A stretch of DNA of 64,000 bases from an uncultured Actinomycetes bacterium (GTDB lineage Bacteria > Actinomycetota > Thermoleophilia > Gaiellales > JAICJC01), in assembly GCA_963708365.1 (NCBI GenBank), contig CAVPSM010000013.1, positions 123,345 to 187,344 on the forward strand, in the 5' to 3' direction. The position numbers and the translations under genes are program-made. Positions 29,591-38,191 of the stretch are shown piece after piece (position 1 is the first letter of the stretch; every line of letters starts with the position of its first letter). The notes below the pieces were generated by a model. The model was not told the DNA's origin and ran no database searches. It worked only from the letters and a program-made list of their open reading frames with translations.

Positions 29591-29691
29591 TGGAATCCCT
29601 CCTCAAAGAGTGTGCTGGTGGACTGACCGGAAGGTCCGGCGAAACTCATCTACGCTTGCCGTACATGAAGGGATGATGAACGCAAAGTGTT

Positions 29692-29708
29692 AAGGGGACT
29701 GTCCCCTT
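29692..29708. promoter_or_regulatory. 17-bp perfect palindrome AAGGGGACTGTCCCCTT in the divergent promoter region
   Basis: Lies 20 nt upstream of the response-regulator RBS (GGAAGGAG). It shares the GGGGAC(T/A)GTCCCC arms with the kbl terminator palindrome. Confidence 0.35.
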
Positions 29709-29728
29709 ACCACTTGGAAGGAGCGAGC

Positions 29729-30406
29729 GTGCGCGTGCTGGTGGTCGAGGACGAGCCGCATATGGCGGCCCTGATCCGCAAGGGCCTCTCCCGCGACGGC
29801 TTCGCGGTCGACGTCGCCCCAGACGGCGAGGAGTGCATGGCGATGGCGACGGCGACGACCTACGACGCCATCGTGCTCGACATCATGCTTCCCGGGATCA
29901 GCGGCTTCGAGGCCTGCCGCCGGCTGCGCGACGACGCCGTGTGGACGCCGGTGCTGATGCTGACGGCGCGCGGCTCGGTCGACGACCGCGTGACCGGGCT
30001 CGACGCCGGCGCCGACGACTATCTGGTGAAGCCGTTCGCCTGGCCGGAGCTGCTCGCCCGCCTGCGGGCGCTGATCCGCCGCGGCGCCCGCGAGCGGCCG
30101 ACGGTGCTCGAGGTCGACGACCTGCGGCTCGACCCGGCCACCCGCGCCGTCCACCGCGGCGAGGAGCCGATCGACCTCTCCGCCAAGGAATTCGCGCTGC
30201 TCGAGACCTTCATGCGCCGGCCGGGCGACGTGCTGCCGCGATCGCACCTGCTCGAGCGGGCGTGGGACGTGGGCTACCAGGGCCGCTCGAACGTCGTCGA
30301 CGTCTACGTCGGCCACCTGCGGGCGAAGATCGACGTGCCCTTCGGCCGGCGGACGCTCGAAACGGTGCGCGGCAGCGGCTACCGGCTGCGTTGCGGCGAC
30401 CGATGA
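29729..30406 (+). CDS. OmpR/PhoB-family response regulator
   Basis: GTG at 29729 after GGAAGGAG: VRVLVVEDEPHMAALIRKGL...DAIVLDIMLPGISG...ADDYLVKPF.... The winged helix reads LSAKEFALLETFMRRPGDVL...VDVYVGHLRAKID...TVRGSGYRL. Confidence 0.9.
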   Translation: MRVLVVEDEPHMAALIRKGLSRDGFAVDVAPDGEECMAMATATTYDAIVLDIMLPGISGFEACRRLRDDAVWTPVLMLTARGSVDDRVTGLDAGADDYLVKPFAWPELLARLRALIRRGARERPTVLEVDDLRLDPATRAVHRGEEPIDLSAKEFALLETFMRRPGDVLPRSHLLERAWDVGYQGRSNVVDVYVGHLRAKIDVPFGRRTLETVRGSGYRLRCGDR

Positions 30407-30565
30407 TGCGGCGGGCGCCGATCCGGATGTCCTGCTCGCGACCGGGTTGCTGCTCTACGTCCGCATCGGCGGGGAGCTTCAGACCGCGCTCGACCGCGAG
30501 CTCGAGCTGCGGGCCGTCGACATGACCACCATCGTCCACGACCCGGACATGTCGCTGGCGTCTCG
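30403..30565 (+). pseudogene. Sensor histidine kinase remnant (5' stub only)
   Basis: ATGATG overlaps the regulator stop and reads MMRRAPIR. After a frame change it reads ...VLLATGLLLYVRIGGELQTALDRELELRAVDMTTIVHDPD (ORF 30447..30683). No HAMP/HisKA/HATPase domain follows; the sequence runs straight into RND homology. Confidence 0.6.
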
Positions 30566-32232
30566 GGCGCGTTCTTCAAGCCGCTCGTGCTCTCCTACGG
30601 GCTGGCGGTGCTGGCGTCGATGGTCGTGGCGCTCACCGTCACACCCGCGCTCGCACTGCTGCTGCTGGCACGGGCGCCGCTGAAGGAGCAGCAGCCGCCG
30701 CTCGTGCGCCTGCTCCAGCGCGGCTACACCGCGCCCCTGCGCCGGGTGATCCGGCGGCCGTCCGTGGTGATCGTGGCGACTGCCGGGACGCTCGTCGCCG
30801 GCCTGGCGGTGCTGCCGTACACGGGCGAGTCGCTCTTCCCGACGTTCAAGGAGCGTGACTTCCTCGCCCTGTGGGTGACGCGGCCGAGCACAGGTCACCA
30901 GGAGATCGTGCGCATCACCAAGCGGGCCAGCCACGATTTCCGCGCCATCCCGGGCGTGCGCGGCTTCGGCGCCAACATCGGCCGGGCGGTGCAGGGCGAG
31001 GAGATCAACGGCATCAACTTCGCCGAGGACTGGCTCAGCCTCGATCCCCACGCCGACTACACCAAGACCCTCGAGCGGATCCGGGCCACGGTCGACGCCT
31101 ATCCCGGCCTCTTCCGCGCGCGGACGACGTATCTGAATGAGCGCATCGACGAGGTGCTGGCCGGCTCGAGCGAGGCGATCACGGTGCGTATCTTTGGCCC
31201 CAACCTGGACACGCTCCGCGACGAGGCGGCGGCGGTGCACCGAGCGCTGCACGGGATCAAGGGCGTGGTCGACCTGCGCACCGAACTCCAGGTGGACGTG
31301 CCCTATATCAGTGTCGTGCCCAACCTGCGCAAGTCGGCGCACTACCGCCTGAAGCCCGGCGACATCCGCCGCCAGGCTGCCACCATCGTGGCCAGCGAGG
31401 AGGTCTCCGACCTGCACGTGAACAGCAAGGTGTACGACGTGATGGCGTGGAGCGTGCCGAGCGCGCGCAAGGACGTGCAGAGCATCCGCGACCTGCCCCT
31501 CGACACGCCGGGCGGCGGCCACGTGCTGCTGTCCGACGTCGCCAAGGTCTACATCGGCTCGACCCCGAACCAGATCTCGCGCGAGGACAACTCCCGCCGC
31601 ATCGACGTCGGTATGAACGTGAAGGGCCGCGACCTCGGCTCGGTCGTCGCCGACGTGCGCGATCGGCTGGCCGAGGTGAAGATGCCGCACGAATACCACT
31701 CCGAGGTGCTGGGCGAGTTCGCCGAGCGCGAGGCCCAGGGGCGCCTGCTCGCCTTCGGACTCGCGGCGGCGATCGGGATCTTCCTGCTCCTGCAGACGTG
31801 CATCGGCAGCTGGCGGGTGGCGACCTTCTCGTTCCTGACCCTGCCGCTCGCGCTCGTCGGAGGATTGCTGGCGGCGTTCGCGGCCGGTGGCGTGATCTCG
31901 CTCGGCTCGTTGGTCGGGTTCCTGACCGTGTTCGGCATCGCGGCCCGAAACGGCATCCTGCTCATCAACCACTACCAGCACCTCGAGCGCGAGGAGGGCC
32001 AGAAGTTCGGGCCGAGCTCGTGCTGCGCGGCTCCCGCGAGCGGCTGGCGCCGATCCTGATGACGGCGCTCGCCACCGGGTCGGCGCTCGTGCCGCTCGTG
32101 ATCTCGGGCGAGATCCCGGGCGCCGAGATCGAGTACCCGATGGCGCTCGTCATCCTCGGCGGGCTGGCGACGTCGACGCTCCTGAACCTGTTCCTGGTGC
32201 CGACGCTCTACCTGCGCACGCGCAAGACCTGA
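30566..32232 (+). pseudogene. RND heavy-metal-efflux-type (CusA/CzcA-like) transporter, C-terminal half only, plus a frameshift near 32000
   Basis: ...GAFFKPLVLSYGLAVLASMVVALTVTPALALLLLA... through ...[24 protein letters not shown] (ORF 30587..32059), continuing as [67 protein letters not shown] (end of ORF 31447..32232). About 480 N-terminal residues expected for this family are absent. Confidence 0.8.
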
Positions 32233-32297
32233 TGTAAGCGGCGCGCGGCCGCGTGCGACCTCTTGCGTATGTGGCTTAAGATTTCGCGCCGGTGGGG

Positions 32298-32880
32298 ATG
32301 GAACGACCGACCTCGTTCGATGCGCTCCGCGTCATGTCAGACGCGGACCTGGTCGCGCACGCCCGCGAGTGCCATGCCCAGGGCGAGCCCGGACTGGAGA
32401 CGGCCAAGCGGTGCGTCGCGCTCGTGTTCGAGCGGCATCGTCCGCTCATCCGCGCAATTGTCGTTTCCAAAACGCCAATTGACATGGTCGACGATCTCGA
32501 GTCGGCGGTCTACGAGCGATTCGTGCGGGTCGTCTATCTGCGCTCGAAGCCGATCGACCGGCCGGCGGGGCTGCTCGTCGTCATGGCCCAGAAGGTCGTC
32601 GCGACGTACTACGGGCGGCGCAAGCCCGACGGCGTCCCGCTCGACGACGCCGCCGATCATGGGGTACGACGAGGACGGCTACGACGCGTTCGCCGCCGAG
32701 GAGATCGCCGAGCGGCTTCTATCCGTCCTCAGCGACCGGCAGCGCGACGTCGTGTGGGGGCGGGTGTGGGAAGGGCTGACGAGCGCCGAGATCGCCGAGC
32801 GGCTGGACACGACGCCCGGCAACGTCGATGTGATCTTCTTCCGTGCCATGAGACGGCTGCGCGAGGAGCTCGACCGGTGA
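32298..32880 (+). pseudogene. Sigma-70 family (ECF-like) sigma factor, one frameshift near 32650
   Basis: ORF 32292..33158 supplies MERPTSFDALRVMSDADLVAHARE...DLESAVYERFVRVVYL...PLDDAAD. ORF 32263..32880 supplies MGYDEDGYDAFAAEEIAERLLSVLSDRQRDVVWGRVWEGLTSAEIAERLDTTPGNVDVIFFRAMRRLREEL (region 4). Confidence 0.7.
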
Positions 32881-33465
32881 GCGCCGAGCACGCCTTCGAC
32901 GACGTTCGTCGCCGCCGTGGGAGCGGGGCGAGCAACCCGACCCGGCGGCCGCGATCGCCGCCGCCGGGGAGGCCGACCGCGAGGCGCTCGGCGGCAATGC
33001 TCGCCGCCTATCTGGCCGCGAACCCCGCGCACGGACGTCACCGAGGCCGAGGTGGCGGCCCGGGCAGCCGACCCGCGCAGCGAGCCGCCGCGGGCGTGGC
33101 CGGAGCTGCTCCCGGCGCTGCGGGCCCGGACGGGCACGACGCCGAGGCGCGCTCGTGACGCGGCTGGCCGCGGCGCTCGGCCACCCCGAGGCGAAGGCAC
33201 AGGTGGAGGAGCACGTGCACGAGCTCGAGACGGGCCAGCTGGCGGCGGCCCGGGTGCGCCCGCCGTCGTGACGGCGCTGGCGAAGATTCTCGATGTGCCC
33301 GAGTCGCTGCTCGAGCTCGGGCGGCGGATCGTGCCGCCGCCCGCGGGAGCGACCGCCGCGTCGCTGTTCCTGCGCGAGGCGCCGGCCGGCGCGCCGCCTC
33401 CGATGACGGAGATGAGCGCCGCCCCGCGCGTTGCCGAGATCGACGACCTCTTCACCGGTGGATGA
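32880..33465 (+). pseudogene. HTH-like protein (XRE/anti-sigma-like) fragmented over at least 2 frames
   Basis: Readable pieces are TEAEVAARAADPRSEPPRAWPELLPALRARTG and, in another frame by my translation, ...LAAALGHPEAKAQVEEHVHELETGQLAAA..., then VVTALAKILDVPESLLELGRR...VAEIDDLFTGG. Function is inferred only from position, between a sigma factor and an ImmA-like peptidase. Confidence 0.4.
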
Positions 33466-34018
33466 GCTCGTCGCGGCGCGCGACGCGCTGCACCGCTTCT
33501 GCGACGTGTACGCGGCGCACGGTCCCGCCGGTCGACGTGGAGGAGCTCGCCGCCAGCCTGTGCCGCCTTCGCGTGCGGGCGGCGGACGACCTCTGCCCGA
33601 TCGCCGGCGCGGTGCCGACAACGCAGCTCTCGGGGGTGCTGCTGCCGTCCCGCTGGGAGATCTGGGTGCGCCGCGACGAGCCGGCGCCGCGGCGCCGGTT
33701 CACCGTCGCCCACGAGATCGGCCACCATTTGCTCCACTCCGACGGCGCGGCGGTGCTGTGCCGTCCGCCGACGTCGAGACCGCCCAGGGCAACGAGCGGG
33801 CGCGGGAGCGCGAGGCCAACCGCTTCGCCGCCGAGCTCCTGATGCCTGAGGCGATGGTGCGCTCGGCTGCCGACCGCGACGGCCCCGACCCGATCGTGCT
33901 TGCCCCTCGGTTCGGCGTCTCCGACGTGGCGATGGGCTTCCGCCTCGTCACACTCGGCTATCTGCAGGCGCTCCCGGTCGACCTCCAGGCGGAGGTCGAC
34001 CGGTGGCGAGGCGCCTGA
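33458..34018 (+). pseudogene. ImmA/IrrE-family metallo-endopeptidase, 2 frameshifts
   Basis: VDELVAARDALHRFCDVYAAHG (frame of 33431), then PPVDVEELAASLCRLRV...FTVAHEIGHHLLH (HExxH, ORF 33462..33842), then ETAQGNERAREREANRFAAELLMPEAMV...FGVSDVAMGFRL (back to the frame of 33431). Confidence 0.75.
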
Positions 34019-34026
34019 CGGCTGTA

Positions 34027-34628
34027 TCAGCCGCCGATGACCGCAGTCACGTTCGCGACCCCGACGAGCAGGCCGCGGGTGAACAGGTGCGTGCCGAGCG
34101 ACGCGTCGAGCGCCGCGGCCGCGCCGCGGGTGAGCCGGGCGCGCACGCCGTTCACATGGACGGTGTGGCCGTGGGTGACGACGCTCACGCGGGAGAGATC
34201 GAGCTTGAAGAGCGTCACCCGGGTCGAGCTGTCCAGGTTCACGGCCCCGGTCAGGTAGGCCTGGCCGAAGTTCGCGATCCGGAACAGGCCGACCGAGAGC
34301 GACGCCGAGCCGTGGCTGAACATGAGCCCGCCGGTGTGGTCGATCGTGCCCCGCAGCGTCGTGGCATCGAGGCGGCCGCGGCTGATCGGGAACTTGAAGA
34401 CGGCGGTCGGCTTGCCGCCCCACGTGCGAGGCGCCGCCGTCGCCGGGGCGATCGGCGCCACGCCGACGCCGGCGTCCCCCAGGGCGGCCAGGATGGCCGG
34501 GTTGATGATGAGAGCCGTGCGGCCGCCGGTGACGTGCACCTTCGCGGCGGTCGCCTGGCCGTGGCCGCCGTGGCCGCGATCGCGAGCGCCGCGGCGGCGA
34601 TGACGAGCGGGAGAAGTCGGTGTCTCAC
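34027..34628 (-). pseudogene. Secreted protein (HtaA-domain-like; tentative), one frameshift near 34555
   Basis: The signal peptide MRHRLLPLVIAAAALAIAATAATA (ORF 34251..34628) joins ...QATAAKVHVTGGRTALI...GTIDHTGGLMFSHGSASLSVGLFRI...VRARLTRGAAAALDASLG (ORF 34027..34674). Confidence 0.55.
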
Positions 34629-34704
34629 GTGATGTACCCCCTGTGCGGCGTGTGTTGACCTCGGGGGTACGCACGGGGCCGCCGCCGCCGGTTGACGACT
34701 TCGC

Positions 34705-35274
34705 TCAGACGCGGGTGCGGCCGCGCAGCACGGACTCGTCCGAGTGCGCCGAGGAGCCGTGCAGCGGCTGCACCGACACGTCGAGGTAGCGGTACCGGCG
34801 CGGGTCGAGCGGGACCGGCACCGGGACGTGGGTCGCGCCGCCCTTCCCGACCTGGAACGTCCCCAGCGAGACCAGGTCGCTGGTCGACGTCATCGGCCAG
34901 AGCTCGTAGACGTGCCCGCGCCCGGCCGGCTGCAGGCCGCGCACCGTGAGGGTGGCGGTGCGGCCGTCGCCGGCCAGGGCGGCGAAGTGGGCGCTCGCGC
35001 CCGGGTCGGCCGTCCCGATCGGCGCCAGGCTGGCGGAGTATGCGCCGGCCGAGGAGCCGCCGGAGCGCTCGTAGGCCGCGCCGCCGAGGGCGCCGGCGAC
35101 GACCAGCACGATCGCGGCGAGCGCCGCCACGACGGGCGAGAGGGTGAGCCGGCGCCTGCGCGGCGCGCGCTTCGCGGGCGCGTCGATGTCCGGTGGGGCG
35201 GGCGGCTCCGGCGGCGTTCACGCCTCTTCGGGCAGGGATTCGAGCCGGGCCACGAGGTCGCGGTCGTCGCTCAT
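34705..35274 (-). pseudogene. Anti-sigma-K (RskA-like) factor interrupted by an in-frame TGA (35218-35220)
   Basis: The ATG at 35274 (ATGA overlap with the sigma stop) gives MSDDRDLVARLESLPEEA, then TGA. The same frame continues TPPEPPAPPDIDAPAKRAPRRRRLTLSPVVAALAAIVLVVAGALGG (TM), followed by the RskA C-terminal domain ...HVYELWPMTSTSDLVSLGTFQV.... Confidence 0.65.
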
Positions 35275-35843
35275 CCCGCTCCCTCCGTCTCGAGCAGGCG
35301 GCGCAGGCCGGAGACGCCCGACACCATCCGTGACTTCACCGTGCCGAGCGGCAGGTCGAGCCGCTCGGCGATCTCGGCCTGCGAGAGGCCGGCGTGGAAC
35401 CGCAGCCGGAGCAGCCCCGCCTCCTGCGCCGGGATGCGCGTCAGCGTGTGCGCGAGCGTCCAGCGCTCGACCAGCTCCTCCGCGGCGTCGGGCTCGGCCA
35501 GCTCCTCCAGGTGGCTGTCGACGTCGGCCGCGGCACGAGGGCGGCGGCGGACGTGGTCGACCAGGCGGCTGCGCGAGATCAGCAGCACCCACGCCAGGAA
35601 CGGCGCGCGTTCGGGGCGGTAGGAGCGGGCGGTGCGCCAGGCGTCGAGCCAGGCCTGCTGGTGGACGGCCTCGGCCGCCGGTCGCTCGCGCAGGTGCGAG
35701 ACCAGCATCGCGAACGTCGTGCCGCCGTAGCGGGCATAAAGCTCGTCGAACGCCCACCGCTCGCCGCGGCAGAACGCCGCCTCGGCCGGCTCCGGCCGGC
35801 GCGGCGCCGCCGGCGTGCGCACGTCCCGTCCCGACCGCAACAT
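35271..35843 (-). CDS. ECF sigma factor (SigK-like)
   Basis: ORF 35271..35906. The ATG at 35843 is preferred, because a GTG start at 35906 would leave only 17 nt to the divergent gene. Region 2 reads WAFDELYARYGGTTFAMLVSHL...; region 4 reads LRFHAGLSQAEIAERLDLPLGTVKSRM. Confidence 0.8.
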   Translation of the reverse strand: MLRSGRDVRTPAAPRRPEPAEAAFCRGERWAFDELYARYGGTTFAMLVSHLRERPAAEAVHQQAWLDAWRTARSYRPERAPFLAWVLLISRSRLVDHVRRRPRAAADVDSHLEELAEPDAAEELVERWTLAHTLTRIPAQEAGLLRLRFHAGLSQAEIAERLDLPLGTVKSRMVSGVSGLRRLLETEGAG

Positions 35844-35923
35844 CCGGCCAGGATAGCCGTGTAAGGATCGCGCCGGCCCGGCGGACGTCTCCTCGGCAAA
35901 CGCCACGAGGAGGCCCCGCCCAG

Positions 35924-36808
35924 ATGCCGATCACCCTGCCCGCCCAGCTCGACGAGCCGACCGTCCACCGCGGGATCACGGTCGTGCCGCTTTACCCGCG
36001 CCGCGACCCCGAGGCCGCGTACGCGACGCTCACCGACGGCCTGCGCCGCGGCGTGCGGATCACCGAGGCTGGGCCGGACGGGACGGTGCCCGAGCTCGTC
36101 GTCGAAAACCCGCTCGACGAGCGTGTGCTGCTCTACGACGGCGAGGAGCTGATCGGCGCCAAGCAGAACCGTATTCTCAACCTGACCGTGCTGATCGCGC
36201 CGAAGTCGGTGACCCCGATCCCGGTGAGCTGCGTCGAGGCGGGGCGGTGGCGGATGCGCTCAGCCGCGTTCGCAGCGGCGGCGCACACCGCCGGCCCGGA
36301 GCTGCGCCTGCGCAAGGCGCGTGTGCTCGCGACCGATCCGCTCGTGCGCGGGGCCGCCCAGGGCGAGGTGTGGAACGCGATCGACGAGCAGTCCCATCGC
36401 CGCGGCGTCTCCTCGCCGACCGCCGCGCACGCTGACCTCTTCACCCACCACCGCGCCGCGCTGCGCGAGCTGCGGGAGGCGTTCCCGGGCCGGCCCGGGC
36501 AGTGCGGGGTCATCCTCGTCCTGCCGGACGGGCACACGTGCGTCGACTACCTGTCGCGGCCCGACGCGTATGCCGAGCATCACACCAAGCTGCTCGAGGG
36601 GTACCTGATGGACGCCCTCGACCAGCTCGACCGGCCCGCCGCCGGGATCGAGCCCGTGAACCGGCTGTTGCACCGGCTCTCGCTCGTGCCCCTCTCCCGG
36701 CGCGGGTCGGCGGGACTCGGCACCGACCTGCGATCGGCGACGAAGCAGGTCGCGGCGACCGGACTCGAGCTCCACGACGAGCTGCTGCAGCTGTCGGCGT
36801 ACGCATGA
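35924..36808 (+). CDS. ARPP-1 / DUF6569 family protein
   Basis: 294 codons from the ATG at 35924 within ORF 35144..36808: ITVVPLYP...YATLTDGLRRGVRITEAGPDGTVPELVVENPLDERVLLYDGEELIGAKQNRILNLTVLIAPKSVTPIPVSCVEAGRW. Family recalled from memory. Confidence 0.7.
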   Translation: MPITLPAQLDEPTVHRGITVVPLYPRRDPEAAYATLTDGLRRGVRITEAGPDGTVPELVVENPLDERVLLYDGEELIGAKQNRILNLTVLIAPKSVTPIPVSCVEAGRWRMRSAAFAAAAHTAGPELRLRKARVLATDPLVRGAAQGEVWNAIDEQSHRRGVSSPTAAHADLFTHHRAALRELREAFPGRPGQCGVILVLPDGHTCVDYLSRPDAYAEHHTKLLEGYLMDALDQLDRPAAGIEPVNRLLHRLSLVPLSRRGSAGLGTDLRSATKQVAATGLELHDELLQLSAYA

Positions 36809-36888
36809 GCGGCGCGCCGTGGGGTCCGTAAATAGCGGGATAAACCGTCACTCTGCCAAGAACCGGCTGGTAGAGTCTGGGACTTCTC

Positions 36889-37620
36889 ATGGGAGGCCGA
36901 TTCGAAGACCTGAAGGGTCGCCTGCTGGACGCCATGGACGGGCTCCGCGACCGGGCAGGGGGCGTTAGGACGTGGGCCGGCGGGCTGCGCGGCCGGCGCC
37001 CGAACCTGGACGGCGTGCGCGACCGGCTTCAGGACAGCAGCCGCGGCTGGCAGGGGCGAAAGCCGCATCTGCCCGCGATCTCGCCGGCGCTCGACGACGC
37101 CCGGGAGCGATGGCGCGAGGCGGGCTGGCTGGTCGCCATGCGCGAACGGATTCGGCCGTGGTTCGCCGTACCTGCCATCGTCGCGTCACTGGCGCTGATC
37201 GTGGGCGGGTTCTGGCTGGGCGGCGCGATCGGCGGTCACGCGAACGCCGCCGTGCTTGTGAGCACGGTCAAGCTGAAGGGCAAGGTCGTGACGATCGACG
37301 GGAGCCGCTTCATCTCCACGCCGGCCGTCACCGTGAAGGTGAAGGGCAAGACTGTGCACATCCCCGCCCGCACGGTGAAACTCCCGGCGAGCACGGTCGT
37401 GAAGGGCAAGACTGTCCCCGTCAAGGTCGACGTGAACCGCACCGTCAAGGTGCCTGTGACGGTCTCGACCACGGACACGAACACCACCACGGTCAACCAC
37501 ACGACGACGACGGTGACAACGGTCATCCGGAGTGTGACCGGGCCGACGACGACGGTACTCGGCCCGCCGGTCACGATCACGCTGCCGGGATCGACGGTGA
37601 CCGTGACGGTGACGACGTAG
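36889..37620 (+). CDS. Single-pass membrane protein with a Thr/Val/Lys-rich repetitive C-terminal region
   Basis: 243-aa ORF with TM segment WFAVPAIVASLALIVGGFWLGGAIGG, followed by VKLKGKVVTIDG...VKVKGKTVHIPARTVKLPASTVVKGKTVPVKVDVNRTVKVPVTVSTTDTNTTTV...TVTVTVTT. Confidence 0.6.
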   Translation: MGGRFEDLKGRLLDAMDGLRDRAGGVRTWAGGLRGRRPNLDGVRDRLQDSSRGWQGRKPHLPAISPALDDARERWREAGWLVAMRERIRPWFAVPAIVASLALIVGGFWLGGAIGGHANAAVLVSTVKLKGKVVTIDGSRFISTPAVTVKVKGKTVHIPARTVKLPASTVVKGKTVPVKVDVNRTVKVPVTVSTTDTNTTTVNHTTTTVTTVIRSVTGPTTTVLGPPVTITLPGSTVTVTVTT

Positions 37621-37811
37621 GCTGGCGCCCTCGCCCCGCCGGCCACGGCGTATAACAATCCGGAGCGGCATGGAGCAGGTTGACGGTGAGCTCATGTCCC
37701 GGTCATTCGATCTCACCCGGTACCGGCGCCGGCTCATTCTTCAAGTCGTGGCTCGCGGGCGGGGCCAATGACGAACATCCGGGGCGTCCCCGGCCAACGG
37801 ACGACTTCGCC

Positions 37812-37831
37812 CTGCCGGTTTTGAAGACCGA
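37812..37831. repeat. 20-nt direct repeat, left copy (CCTGCCGGTTTTGAAGACCG)
   Basis: Identical to 45365-45384. It corresponds to the anticodon stem-loop of the selC-like remnant read on the minus strand (CGGTCTTCAAAACCGGCAGG). Confidence 0.85.
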
Positions 37832-38191
37832 CCGGGTTGGGCTCAACGAAGCGGTTGGGGCGGGGGTCTGCGCCCCCGATCGCGCCCCCGGCGTGCCGGC
37901 AGGCGCCGGGAGGCGGGGGCGAGTGCCAGGGCGGCGCCGACCGGGACGCCTGCTGCTGGGTTGTTTTTAGGTTCTCCTGCCGCCTGGTTGAACGGGAGAT
38001 TGTCGCCTTCTGGGTTCTTACGTGCCGGCTGCTGGGCTGCTTACGTGGCACCCACCGGTTTCGGCTTAACCACGCGGGCTCAGCTAGGCGTGCCTCGAGG
38101 GCGGCACGCCGTGGATGCCTCACGCGAGTACACGCCCGGCGGTGCTTGGCAACCCCGAAACGCGAGAGCCCGGCAGTTCACAGAGTCAGGT

